Assembly: GCA_043228905.1 (NCBI GenBank)
Contig: JBHGNT010000005.1
Location: forward strand, 23,684,001 to 23,748,000
Reading direction: 5' to 3'
Origin: Azolla caroliniana
Lineage: Eukaryota; Plantae; Polypodiophyta
Length of the DNA stretch: 64,000 bases
Numbering within the stretch: position 1 is the first letter of the stretch; each line of letters opens with the position of its first letter. A model generated the notes under the pieces. It had not been told where the DNA came from. It worked only from the letters and a program-made list of their open reading frames with translations, and did not search any database. Made by a program: the position numbers and the translations under genes. This document shows positions 35,533 to 49,120 of the stretch, piece by piece.

Positions 35533-38372
35533 ATTCTACTCTATTTGTGTGACCATAAAGTATCTATCAAATCACCCCTACCTAGTATTCATCAATACTC
35601 AAACTAATACTATGTTATTGCACATGTTTGCACATAAAGATAGTTTGTGTGTGTGTCCGTGCACACCCCCGTTCACACGCATCCGGTTCCTTTTTCTCCC
35701 TATGGCCAGAATCCTTCACGACATCCACCCCCACCAAACCGCACATCCTCTGGTATGTGCCATGTAGCGAAGCGGTGGGGATTCTGGGTTAGTCTTCACT
35801 CGTCCTCCCCCGAACTGTCACCGATCCGGTTCTCATATGACTCCTCACCCTTGTCAGTGCTTCCGACCTCTAACTCGGGATTTGGTTCCACTTCGTGTTG
35901 CTTCTTGAATTCCTTTATTTTCTTTCCTACAACCGGTACTTTGATCCGCGTCCCATCGAGCTCAGTTAGATGGTATGTCACGTTGTCATTGGCGCTCATC
36001 ACCACATATGGTATGAACCACCTCCTCCTCAACTTCTGGGTCGACATGTGTTGGTTGTCAAGGCTGCTATCGTAGACCAACACCTAGTCACCCTCTTCGA
36101 TCTTCTTCGCCCTAAGATGGTGCTTCTGGTGGAATCGTCCCTTGCTCCTTAGTCATGCTTCCTTCACCTTTGCCTTTGCTCTCTCCACGTCCTCTAACCT
36201 TCACTCGAGTTGCCGAATCCGCACTACTAGCAATTCTTCCCGGCTCATCTCCTCTATCCAGTCGATCGCTACCCACGAAGAGATCGTCCTTTCCACCAGG
36301 GTGATCGGCTTCTGACCAAACATAAGCTTAGCTAGCATATACCTGGTTACCGACTTGTGTGTGGTCCAGTTGGCCCACAACGCATAAGGGAGAAGTCGAG
36401 GCTAGTTTCCAACTCATCCATCACATGCCCGCACTATCACCTTGATGATCGGCCAGTGTCCGTGCTCGACCTTCTTGTTGGCTTCCGGATTGTATGTCAT
36501 CATGAGGGAAAGCTTTACCCCTAGTCGGTTGAACAACTCCTCAACTTCTCATGCGTCCAGCTCCCCTCGGTTGGCTACTATCTTTAGATGCATCCATATC
36601 AGCAGATCATGTCCTCGAGTAAGAACCAACATACAGCTATGGTCATCTTGTTTGTTAAGGCTCGACCTTCCACCTAGTTTATCAAGTCTTCTCTCACCAA
36701 CACTAGGTACTTCATTTGCCCTAGCCCTATCGGCATCGTCATTAAGTTGTCCATCCACTTGAAGTGAATGGTTGGCGGGTAGGTCGGGTGCAACTCATCC
36801 TCGTTCCGGATTCCTGAATGTACTTGGTAGCTGTCGCATGTCATCATGAAGTGGTGCACATCCTTGTACATTCCTAGCCACCTGTACCTCTCCTTGAGCT
36901 TCTCAAATGTGGTCCACGTTCCCCAATGTCTAGACCATGGGCTCTCATGGAATTCGGCCAGTAGCATCGATTGGTCTTCTCTCTTTGTCACCATTTGGGG
37001 TGGTGTACCACTCTGCTTCTTCGGATGCCGCCATATCTTACCGTCCTGCAAGAAGAACCTGTAGGCCTTCTTCTGGATCCGACTCGATTTTTCCTTTGTC
37101 CATGCCACACCAATATTCATTGTTTTCAGGAAACTTCCTATAAGAAGCCACTCCCCATCGCAGTCATTCTCGTCGAATTCATTCAGAGCCGACTTGAAGA
37201 AGTCCGCGCCGACTTCTTTGTCCTTTGATACCATGCCATGCCGTCTTCGTTGTTGTAACGTGCTCTTGATTGATGGATATGGTGTTCGAGATGTATACGG
37301 AAGTATGTGAGGACTTGTTTGTTATGTGAATAGCAAACAACACAGAGAATATGACAGAAGAAAGTAGATGGAAACGTAGACATAGTTCAAGCTCTAATGG
37401 AAGTTTTCGTTATTCTGTAACTCTTTTTCTCTTTGAGACCTTAGATACAAGAATGATCAATAAGTCATTTTACAACGTTAGGTTATTGCTTATGTATTAT
37501 GCCCTAACTATTTGGACATGTTCACACTTGGATACAAAGTGGAAGGAGTTGGCCTTTTATGTCAACAAACTCCCCCGTAAAAAGACTACTCTTTCTTATG
37601 TATACAAATGATTTGGGGTTACCTCCCCCATAAACCTCGATTACAAATTGTTGAGCGGACAAGCTCAATAGAATTTGGATCGACTAAATAAGCTAGAGCT
37701 AGATCAATGTTTGAATTGATCGGCTAGTAACGAACAAGAAGGAGAGAATGGACTGAGGAATGGCTAGCTTGTTCCCGAGGGTGAAGCTCGACAGATCAAA
37801 CTATGCACCTTGGTCGTACAAGATGCACCAGTACCTGCTCGGGCATGGCTAATGGAGTTATGTTGATGGAGCCAATGATATGGCACCTAATGTGGCACAT
37901 AGAGACTTTTTGGCTTGGGAACAAGCGACAAGCAGGGTGATGTACTACTTTGTGTCCAATGTCGGCGATCAACTGCTGAGCCATATCTAGGATGCCAAGA
38001 TGAAAAAGGAAGCTTGGGGAAACTTGAAAAAGGTCTTCGCTACAAGCACCACGGCTCGGAAACTACAACTCCGACAAGAGTTGAGCAACATCCGATAGAA
38101 GGACATGTCGGTGGCCGATTACACGGCCTGGATTAAAGAGATTTGCGACTCTCTTGCCTCCATCAACATGACTGTCGAGGAGGATGAGATGGTGCAGGTT
38201 TGTCTCGGGGGCCTGACGTCGGAGCATTCTGAACGGTGGTTTGTACAAGGCAGAATAAGCCCTTGTTTTTCGACTTATAGTCAATGCTCCTCGTAGAGGA
38301 GAACCATGCGGGTGCGCTGACAAGCACACACACCAACATCAAGATGTTGTACATGGCGGCGAAGAGGCCCTG

Positions 38373-38397
38373 GGGTTTAGGGTTTAGGGTTTAGGGT
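38373..38397 (+). repeat. Interstitial plant telomeric repeat (TTTAGGG)3
   Basis: GGGTTTAGGGTTTAGGGTTTAGGGT read directly. Confidence 0.9.
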
Positions 38398-40167
38398 GGC
38401 CAACAGGAGTAGAACCTGAGGCACAAAGATAGTGCTGCCAATAGTACCGGACCCACCAGAAGTAGGGGGAGTCAAGGAGGCACCGAGAGCCGGCAAGGGA
38501 AGGCCAAGACAGACTACTGGTACTGTGGCCAGAAGGGCCACAGAGAAAGTGAGTGTTGGAAGGAAAGAGCCGATTCAAACAAAGCTGGATCGAGCCGGAG
38601 GGACACAGACAGGCATTACTGATCGCACTTCGCCGGAGGTTCGGAGAGATCTGGGTCGGGACCAACCCTCGTAATGAAGCATAAGGCCAACGAGATGGGA
38701 ATATCCGACTTGAAGTCGGAAGAAGTTTGGTATGTGGACTCCGAAGCTTCCAACCACATGATGAACCACAAAGAATGGTTCTCCTTTCTCGAGAAGCTAG
38801 AGAAGCCGGGGGTGGTCAAAATCGGAGACGACACCCCACATCCCATCTAGCATATCGGGGATGTCCCTATGAGCCACATAAGCTAGAAGGGAATCATGAG
38901 GAACGTTTTGCATATTCCAATGATCACCAAGAACTTGGTGCCAGTCGGCCTGATCGTGGGTCAAGGAATGTAGGTTCGGTTCACTCACCACTAATGCTTC
39001 ATTGAGGAGGAAGGCCGGATCATCGCACAAGGGCACCAAGATGGAAGAATGTTCATCCTCAAAACAAATGATGTAGGCATTGCTATGTTCAGGAAAAGGA
39101 AGAAGGTCGAGTCGGACATTGACTTGTATCATAAGCGATAGGCCACATCAACTTCTGGAAGCTTTAGGAGATGTAGTCAAAACATGTGGTTTCCAGACTG
39201 CCGAAATTTAGTGGCTGGAAAGGCCAAATATGTGAAACTTGCCAACTCGGGAAGCAACATAAGCTTCAATTCCCCAATGAGAAGAATTGGAGCCGTAACC
39301 AACTCGATCATATCCATTCGGATGTGTGGGGACCAACACAAAATGTGAGCATTGGCAATCATTGATATTTTGTCTCCTTCATCGATGATTTCAGTTGACA
39401 CATTGGGATCTACTTGATCAAGAAGAAAAGCGAAGAATTCTCATGCTTTCGGGACCCGAAGAGTCATATTGAACGAGAAACCAGAAGAAAGATCAAGTGC
39501 TTGAGATCGGATGGCAGAAAAGAGTACTTTTCCAGCCAGTTCACAAGTTATCTATATGCAGAATGGTGTGGCTGAACGTTGGAATTGGATGTTGGTAGAA
39601 GCAGCAAGGGTGATGCTAGAAGAGAAGTGCATGCCTCGGATTTATTGGGCCGAAGCAATTCGGACAGCCGTCTACATACAGAATTAGATAGCTGCCTTAG
39701 GGACAAAGGTGTTGCTCCACGAATTGTACTTCGAGCAGAAGCCCAATTTGGCGCACCTACGGGTGTTTAGCAACTTGCCTACGCGCATGTGCCAGATGAG
39801 AAGCGGAATAAATTGGATGCAAAATCCGAGAAGTGCATCCTTGTTGGCTACTTTGACGAGTAGAAGGGGTATAAATGCTATAACCCCCCATTCAAAGCAA
39901 GTTCGAGTTAATTGAGATGTCATGTTTGATTAATCAACATCCTAGTACTTCTCATTACCTGAATTTGAGCCGATTCCTACAGACGATGCAATGGACTCTG
40001 GAATAGAGAGAAGGATAGCGGAATCCAAATAGCCGGATAGTCTGACTTCTCTTAAGATGAGTGGTCCGAATCTGGACTGGTTGAGCTGGAGCGCTCAACT
40101 GCATGATGAACCGGTGAGTAGCGGAGATTTAGCCATGCTGTCCCCGTGCAAGGAACCGAGGAGACGG

Positions 40168-40378
40168 TGTCGCGTTATTACGCGCGTGCGTGTAGAAGGG
40201 GCGCCAAGAAACCAACTCCGGACACGTACCAGGGGCAACTAAACACGAGAGAGAGAGAAAAGGAGACAGAGCAAGCGCGCACCACCGACTTTTATGTACA
40301 GGAAACAAAGGAGGGGAGCTATGCACCTGACACCAACAGAGACACCATTATGCACAAATTGACATGAATATACATACA

Positions 40379-40424
<46 letters not shown>

Positions 40425-40864
40425 AAAGACACAACCCCGCCTTCGAGCCGGATCAAGGTAGGTTAGGTTACAACAGCAGCTTGCCACCAAGCCGCTGATC
40501 GGGGAGCTCTCGGGCTCGTCGCGCCGAGCGGGGACTTGCACAGGAGATTGAACAGAAGCAAACCCTAAACAGATAGACAAACTCTCAACCCCCACGACGA
40601 CGAAGAAGAAAAAAAAGAAACTACCAAGATAAAACCGCCTAACGCTAATCTAACGGTATACCCTCTAACACAAAATGGGCAACCCTTTCGCAAGAGGTGC
40701 TCCCTTCCTTTTATAGAACAAGGAGAGGGATGCGTTACAGTGTGGGATAAATACTCCCCCTTTATGCTATACACCATTTCCTACTATACATGTGCACAGG
40801 TTGCACACCACCGACTTGCCCGTTCCACCCCGGTTTCACATTGTAGTCGGAAATCTTCACGACA
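40168..40864 (-). mobile_element. Solo LTR (J), Trp lineage
   Basis: TGTCGCGTTATT...CTTCACGACA, perfect TSD ACGG; contains (TACA)n(TA)n. Confidence 0.88.
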
Positions 40865-43721
40865 ACGGTTCACACGAAAAGAGAAGAGGAAACAAAAGAT
40901 GCCAGAATATGCTTCCGACAAAGGGGAGTAAGATCGGAGCAAATACGACTCCAAAGAGAGCCAAAGGGAACCTCCGAGGATGAGGTTTTAATCAGCGGAG
41001 AAGGCCAAGAAATTGGCAAACTAGGGATTGTGCCGATCCACTTGTCAAAATCACCCTGTAGTTCAATACGGATATAATGAGTATATGGTGCATCACTATG
41101 CGTACATGGCGAAGGTGGCAGCCGTGCGTAAGCCGGAGAGCTACGCAGAAGCGGCTAAGGATCCAAATTGGTAGAAGGCCATGGAGGAAGAGATGCACAC
41201 GCTCATGGAAAATGAAACATGGGACTTGATCGATGTACTGAAAGGACAGAAGCCAATCGGTTGCCGGTGGGTGTACAAAGTCAAATATAATGCTGACGGT
41301 TCCGTTAATTGGTACAAGGCCTGATTCGTGGCCAAGTGTTACACATAACAACACGACATCGATTATGATGAGACGTTCACGCTGGTTGTGAAGATAAAAA
41401 CCGTCCTTGTCTTGCTTGCGGTGGCTATGACAAAGGGGTGGCATTTACATCAAATGGATGTAAAGAATGCGTTCTTGCAAGACGAGCTTGAGGAATAGGT
41501 ATATATGGTACAACCCCTTGCATTTTAGTTTGGAATGAACACGCCGGCTGTTTGCCGACTGAAGGAGTCCCTCTATAGACTAAAGCAAGCCCCACGTGTC
41601 TGGAACGTGAAGATCATGCAGTGACTGTGTCGGATGGGGTTTGCAATGTTGGACCTATTAGTATTTTACTTTATGTTGATGATTTAGTCATCGCCAATGC
41701 TGACCAAGAGGAAATTGGTCACATCAAGTCCCAGTCAGCGGCATCATTCAAGATGAAGGATCTAGGAGACCTTCACTACATCCTTGGGATCGAAGTGATC
41801 CACACCCTCGAAGGCATACTATAAGCCATCGACATTATGTGTTAAGTATGCTCTTCAAGTTCGGGATGACAGAGTACAAATCTGTCTCAACTCCTCTGGA
41901 TGGAATGTGAAACTGCGCCCCGACTTCGAAATGACATGCGACCCGAAAAGGTTCTGACCGATAGTCGGAAGCCTTATCTATTTGACCATCGCCCGGACGG
42001 ACCTTAGTTATCGATTAGTCAATTCATGGCACATTCAACCATGGAACACCTTTAATGTGCACACTGAATACTCATGTATGTCAGCGGCACCAAGGACCGG
42101 GGGTTGCTATATCAGACCAGTGCAATCAGATAGTTAGTCGGCTACATGGATGCCGATTGGGCCGGACACGCTAACGATCGAAGGTCAACTTCTGGATTCG
42201 CGTTTTCACTTCGAAATGTTGCGATCACTTGAAGCATCAAGAAGCAGCCAATAGTTGCACTGTCGAGGACCAAAGAGCGGCTGTCACTACGTGTGAAGCC
42301 ATATGGCTCAAGAGACTACTAAATGATCTGTAGATGGAGGTGCCCGACCTGGTTGTGATCTACTGTGACGACCTTAGCAACATCGAGTTGGTGAAAAACC
42401 TCATTTTCCATGCCTGAACCAAGCACATTGGGGTGCATTACCATTTTTTCTGTGAGCGTATCCTCTTTGGTGAAGTCAAACTGGTATGTGTTCAAATGGA
42501 TCGACACGCGGCCGATATCTTCACCAAACCCTTAGGTCTTGACAAGCTGCAACAATTTTCAGGCATGCTTGGTGTCCAGCACCTCGACTTGCCTCCCTTG
42601 AGGCGAGGAATGAAAGGGGAAGAGATGGTTAAAATGAACTGAGGAATCGAGCTGAGAAAGAAGATATCCAGAAAGCTGAATCAGATACTGAATTCGATTT
42701 TGGTTCAACTGAAGAAGTTGGAATGCTCGGGTCAGTTGAAGAAGGTGTACGGGACGGATAAGGTGTAATGTGTATGGTATGAAAAGTCTAAGGTATGTAA
42801 TATGTAATATGCATGTGAGGATGGGTATGTGTGAGCACATGCACAATTATGTGCATGTGACAAGAAGTGTAACGGTCATTATTTACCATTACATTTTGTA
42901 TTATATAAACCCCTTATGGGGTATGTAATGGAGATAGCTTTTTCCCTCTCACATTTGTGTCATTTTCTATTTGTCTCTCTCTCTAGCTCTCTCTTTATCG
43001 TAACCCCCCTGGGAGGGGGGTGAAACCATTCTAGGTTTCACCTCCCACCCCAACAACACTTTTGGCACGCTCGAACGGCCGACCTCCCTTGAGAAGAAGT
43101 CACTCCATCCCTCCCTCCCTCCCTCCTTGTCCCCATCACTAATTTCTCTCCTCAATCTCTCTACCTAAAACCCTAGACACCCCAATCTTCATCTCTATGT
43201 CCATCCATCTCTCTCATTCTGTGAATTTGACGGGAACTCAAGGCTCCTTATGTCCAACGCTCGGCCACAATCGAGCTTCTTTTCGTACGTAGAAAACAGG
43301 AAACAAATGCACGACACAGTGAAGAGGAAAAATAATAATACACAAGAGGTTTACGTGGAAAACCCCAAACTAGGGGAAAAACCACGGCAGCCCACAAGCT
43401 GCAAACTGTCACTATGTGAGAATGTACAACAGTGAGTTCACTGAGGCAATGACCTCGTGCTCACAGATCTTCGCCACACGCGGCGGTTACAACAGAGGCA
43501 ACGACCTCTTTCTCTCTCTGTCTCTCTGTACACTATTACGTGCTCTCTCTTCTTCTTGCACCAACAAAGAAAAATGACAACAACAACTATTACTAAAAGT
43601 TTGCCCTAAGTCATATTTATACTAATATGACTTTTCGGCTATTTACAAATGTAGCCTCAATGGGCTCTCAGAAACATATTTACGAATATGTCTCTTCATC
43701 CGGTTCTCACCCGGTCTGTAC

Positions 43722-43921
43722 CATCCGGCTCTCCGTAGCCGGGTACTCCTCATCCGGTTCATACCGGGCCTGCACCATCCGGCTCTCCGTAGCTGGGTAC
43801 TCCTCATCCGGTTCATACCGGGCCTGCACCATCCGGCTCTCCGTAGCCGGGTACTCCTCATCCGGTTCATACCGGGCCTGCACCATCCAGCTCTCCGTAG
43901 CCGGGTACTCCTCATCCGGTT
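43722..43921. repeat. 54-bp tandem repeat (about 4 copies) in the 3' LTR of copia C
   Basis: Unit CATCCGGCTCTCCGTAGCCGGGTACTCCTCATCCGGTTCATACCGGGCCTGCAC. Confidence 0.9.
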
Positions 43922-44003
43922 TCGGCCTCGGCCGAGTTTGTTCATCGGCACTGTTCTTCTTCCTTCCCATCCGGAGGGAACTGTTTCCCAACAAACTCCT
44001 CCC

Positions 44004-47000
44004 TCACTCCGGCATGGGGTGTCTTACCAGCCCGATCTTCTTCCGGCATGCGTTCAGCTTGTCGGGTGTCAACACTTTGGTCAGCATATCTGACCCGTTC
44101 TCAATCGTGTGGATCTTCGTTAGTGCGAACTCCTGGTCATCTACTCTTTCCCGGATCCAGTGATACCTCCGCTGGATATGCTTCGTCCGGGAATGGTAGG
44201 CCGCATTCTTAGCAAGGTGGATGACACTTTGACTGTCGCAATAGAGTCGGTATTCCTCTTGCTGTTTACCGAGCTCTTCGATGAAGTCCTTCATCCATAA
44301 AATTTCCTTGCCGGCTTCCACAGCCGCCATGTACTCCGCCTCCGTGGTTGACAATGCAACCGTCTTCTGCAGCCTCAACTGCCACGAAACATCTCCCCCT
44401 GCATATGTCATTACATACCCAGATGTAGACCGGATGGTATCCACATCAGCCGACATGTTCGAATCGGTGAAACCGTCCAGTTGAGGTTTTCCGGAGCCGA
44501 ATCGGAGACACATATTTGAAGTGCCCTTCAAATACCGGAGTATCCATTTGACCGCGTTCCAGTGCTCCTTGCCGGGATTGCTCATAAATCGGCTCACCAC
44601 TCCGACTGCGTATCCTATGTTCGGTCGGGTACAAACCATTGCGTACATCAAGCTCCCGACGACAGAGGCATATGGAATCTTCATCATATCCGCCTTCTCT
44701 ACTTTCGTCTTTGGGCTTTGCTTACCGGACAACTTGCAGTTTGCCGGAAGTGTTGATCCGACCGGTTTTGCTTCTGACATGTTGAACTGGTGAAGCACCT
44801 TTGTCACATACTTCTCTTGTGACAGCCATAATTGCTTCACTGACCGGTCCCGAATGATGTGCATCCCCAACATCTGTCTTGCCGGACCCAAGTCTTTCAT
44901 TGAGAAGGTCCGGTTGAGAGCCTTCTTCAGCATCCGTATTTTGACTTGGTCTCGTCCGACGATCAACATGTCATCCACGTACAGGAGGAGTATCAGGAAG
45001 TCCCCTCCTTCGAACTTCTTCACAAACACGCAGTGATCGGCCTGCGTCTTGTGGTACCCTTGATCGGTCATGAAGGAGTCGAACTTCCGGTACCATTGCC
45101 GGGGAGCCTGCTTCAGTCCGTACAGGCTCTTCTTCAACTGGCATATCAGGTGCTCCTTCCCTTTCTCCACAAATCCTTCCGGTTGCTGCATGTAGATCTC
45201 CTCTTCGAGGTCGCCGTGAAGGAATGCCGTCTTCACGTCCAACTGCTCTACCTTGAGGTCCATGCTTGCTGCTATACTCAGCACCGTCCGGATGGAGGTC
45301 ATCTTTACTACCGGGGCAAATATCTCGTCGAAGTCCACGCCCTTCTTCTGCTGGAACCCCTTCACCACGATCCTGGCTTTGTATCTCGGGGGGTTGCCAG
45401 CATCTCCCGGTTTCAACTTGTACACCCACTTGTTTCGGAGTGCCCGCTTTCCTTTCAGCAACTCCACCAAATCGTACGTATGGTTCTCATGCAGGGAATC
45501 CATCTCATCCTGCATGGCACTTAACCATTTTCGGCTGTGGGTGTCTTCCTTCGCTTCTTCGAAGCTTTCCGGCTCCCCCTCATCGGTCAGCAGAACATGC
45601 TCTGCATTCGGAAATCTCTGGGGCGCCCTTCTCTCTATGAGAGGATATCTACGTCTTCGGGCTTAGGTAACCGGCTCCTCCATTTGCTCTTCATCCGAAT
45701 CCGATTCGGGGTCTTGGCCGGTTCCGGTCTCAGCTTCCTCTACTTCTTCTTCTGCCGGTTCGGTATCCACACCATAACCGGCTGGTTCCTCGAGTGCTAA
45801 CCGGTCTCTTGCCGGTTGGGTCTGCTCATCGTAGAGTCGATCCTTACCAGTCGACTCGGAGTTCATTATCTTCTTCTCCGACTCCCAGTCGGCGAATGTC
45901 TTGTCCTCCATGAAGATAATATCTCGACTCTGGAATACCTTCTTGTCGACCGGGTCCCACACTCAGTAGCCAAACTCATCGTCACCGTAACCGAGGAATA
46001 TGCATGGCCGGGTCTTTGGATCTAGCTTTCCTCTCCGGTCCTTAGCTACATGCACATACGCGAGACACCCGAACACCTTCAGATGCCGGTAGGATACTTC
46101 CTTACGGGTCCACACTCTCTGTGGCGTGTCTCCGTCCAAGGGTACTGAGGGTGATCTATTTATCACGTATGTCGCCGTCGACAGTGCCTCAGCCCAAAAC
46201 TTCTTGGGTAGTTTTGCATGCGCTAGCATACTCCGGACCCTCTCCATTATGGTCCTGTTCATCCTCTCGGCCAGTCCGTTTTGTTCCGGCGTCTTCGGCA
46301 CGGTAAATTCGAGCCGGATTCCCTTCGAGCGGCAGTACTCCTCGAACTGCCCCCGGTATTCTCCTCCGTTGTCTGCTCGAACCGCCTTCAGCTTCCGGCC
46401 GGTTTCTCTTTCCACTCTCGCGTGGAGCTCTTTGAAGATGGATAACACCTGATCCTTCGTCTTCAGCGGTGTGGCCCACAACTTCCGGCTGTGGTCATCT
46501 ATGAACGTCACGAAGTACTGTGCTCCGGCATGTGACTTCGTGTCTACTTGACACACATCCGTATGCACCAACTCCAGTGGTGCATTACGTCTCATCGGTG
46601 GCCTTGGTCGGAATGAGGTCTGGTTCTGCTTACCGGCCAGACAATCAGTGCACTTCTCTAAGTGCACGTTCTTCACTGGAATGAGATTGTCGTCTGCAAG
46701 CCTCTTCATCCCCTTCTCGCTCATATGACACAACCTCTTGTGCCATAGCTCACCGGCAGTGTCGGATGCCACGTTCACTTCTTCCGGACATAACCGGGCA
46801 TTCATCAGGTACAACGTGTTGACCTTCTGGGCCCGAGCCACAATCAGGCTCCCTTTGCTGAACTTCATGACCCCGTTCCGGATGCTACCCGTGTAGCCTT
46901 CATCATCTAGCCGACCGGCTGATATCAGGTTCAGACGAACCTCCGGAACGTGTCGGACATCCTTCAGCAGCAACTTGCATCCGGTTAGTGTTGACAGCCA

Positions 47001-48050
47001 CACGTCTCCTATGCCGATAATTTGGCATGTACCTTCATTCCCCATCCGGACACAGCCATGGTCACCGGCTGAGTAGGATGAGAAGCATTTCCGGTCCGGG
47101 GTAAGGTGGAACGACGCTCCGGAGTCTACCACCCATGTCATCTCGTTGCCGGCAAGGTTAATCTCATTCTCCTCGGTGATGAGCATCAACTCTTCTTCAC
47201 TTGCCACGATTGCCGTCGTTCCCTTCCGGTCCGTCCCCTTCCGGTCTTTACCGTTCCGGTCCGGGGTTTGCTTCGAATCGGTACCGTCGGTTTCCTTGTC
47301 TTTACGGAAATGCCGACAGTTCTTTTGGAAGTGTCCCGGCTTGCCGCAATAGAAGCAAGTAGGCCTCCCCCTTGACTTTGACTGTGTCCCCGACTTCTCC
47401 CGGTTCTGGGGACTACGATTTCTATGTCTTCCGTGTTCCGATTCGGTAAGAAGCGCTTTGGAGTCGGAGCTCGTATCTTTGTCTTTCCGACACGCCTCCT
47501 CATAGAGCAAGGTCGACTTTACTCTTGCTAGGGATAACCGTTTTCCTTCCGGCCCGGCGTTGCCCAAAGTGACAACCAACGTCTCCCAGCTATCCGGGAG
47601 GGAACCGAGCAGGAGTAGCGCTAATACCTCATCGGCAAGAGGTACTTCCAATGACGTTGCCTGGTGTATCAGCCCCTGGAAGGTATTCATATGCTCCGCC
47701 ATGCTGGAGCCATCTTGGTACCGGAGTCTTACTAGCTTCCGGAATATCGAAACCTGATTAACAACATTTTTGTTTTGAAACATTATGTCGATCTTCTCCT
47801 AGAGCTCATGAGCCTTGCTCTCTTCATTGAAGTTGTTGTACAGGCTCATGTCGATGAAGCACCGTATGTACGCCGTTGTCTTCATGTGCATCACCTCCTA
47901 TATCGCGGCATCGATTTTGTCCGGTCTCTTGTCCCCGAACTAAACCGGCAGCCAGAGGTCTTTAACAACGAGCATGTCCCTCATCTTCGACTTCCATACT
48001 GAATAGTTGGAGCCGGTGAGCTTGAACATGCCGCCAAATGATTCGTCCAT
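44004..48050 (-). pseudogene. pol: Copia gag-pol polyprotein with a few premature stops
   Basis: Starts MDESFGGMFKLTGSNY; zinc knuckle CFYCGKPGHFQKNC, PR WVVDSGAS, INT RADNGGEY, RT LLYVDD, RH; stops at 47940, 45963 and 45663. Confidence 0.92.
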
Positions 48051-48856
48051 TTTCTGTGTCGATTTCGCTCTGATACCACTTGACGGGAACTCAAGGCTCC
48101 TTATGTCCAACGCTCGGCCACAACCGAGCTTCTTTTCGTACGCAGAAAACGGGAAACAAATGCACGACACAGTGAAGAGGAAAAATAATAATACACAGGA
48201 GGTTTACGTGGAAAACCCCAAACTAGGGGAAAAACCACGGCAGCCCACAGGCTGCAAACTGTCACTATGTGAGAATGTACAACAGTGAGTTCACTGAGGC
48301 AACGACCTCGTGCTCACAGATCTTCGCTACACGCGGCGGTTACAACAGAGGCAACGACCTCTTTCTCTCTCTGTCTCTCTGTACACTATTACTTTGTCGT
48401 GAAGAAAACCGTCCAAGGGTGGAATTGGGGCACCAAGGCGTGGGAACCGGCTCTTCACACACGTGCGTGCCAAGTTGTACATAGAGGCGAATTAGGTACC
48501 TAGGAGGATCGAAGTGGTTAGATACGGTAGGTGGGAATTTAATGCCGAACGGCTCCTTCTTGACCGATAAAAAGAGGAGGATCGGGGGGGGGGGCGGGGG
48601 GGACGAAGTGCTGTCGGACCGATTCTGGACGCTTCTCTCTCTGTTCTCCTTCCCTTTTTCTCCATAGCTTTTCCTGTGCAGGTTTTCGAGGAGGCTCGCG
48701 CTGTTTCGAGGAACGCTCGAGTGCTTCCGGCAGCACCTCCGACCTGCTCCCTTTTGTGCGACGCAGCGAACAGGCATCGGCATCTGTTCGCCGGCCTGTT
48801 CGGTCGTAACCATCCTGTGCCCCACCGCGGGTTGTAGCTTCTTGATCAGATATTTG

Positions 48857-48896
<40 letters not shown>

Positions 48897-49080
48897 TTTG
48901 TTTGCGTCTACCTGTGTCGGCGTCTATTCGCGTTCTCTGTGTTGAAGGGCCGTGTCCCTGTGTATCCCCGGTCCTGCGTAACCGGTCCTCTCTCTTTCCC
49001 CACCCTCGCTTGCTCTTCGGTTCAAGACCCCCGCGGTCCCGCCTCGTTTCTATACGCACTTGCGTAATATCGCGACATCT

Positions 49081-49098
49081 TGGTGAACCCGACGTGAA
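49081..49098 (+). promoter_or_regulatory. Primer-binding site complementary to the 3' end of tRNA-Trp
   Basis: TGGTGAACCCGACGTGAA matches the reverse complement of the plant cytosolic tRNA-Trp 3' end as I recall it; identical copies at 18175, 27342(-) and 54747. Confidence 0.85.
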
Positions 49099-49120
49099 AG
49101 AGGCGGCAGAAGAGCAGGAA

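Larger units (their letters stand above)
11692..37262 (-). mobile_element. Degenerate Trp-lineage gypsy (H): integrase remnant 35796-37262 and a 3' LTR split by later insertions
   Basis: Minus-strand integrase (HESPW..H.GTW, VYDSSLDNQH), PPT, and LTR start TGTCGTGAAG at 35723. LTR pieces are 35533-35723, 15956-16149 and probably 11692-12010 (the last is tentative). Confidence 0.55.
37649..42765 (+). mobile_element. Degenerate copia of the same lineage as 16150-35532, LTRs largely lost
   Basis: Truncated LTR start TGTTGAGCGGACAAGCTCAA, gag, PR (WYVDSEAS), INT, RT (LLYVDD) and RH (ADIFTKPL) remnants. Confidence 0.8.

Noticed and set aside
37271-37645. Possible solo LTR
   Set aside because: Has a TG..CA character but no convincing inverted termini, TSD or second copy.
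43627-44163. CRISPR-like array or repeat protein
   Set aside because: Head-to-tail 54-bp units with no unique spacers, inside an LTR; the open frames are a by-product of a unit length divisible by 3.
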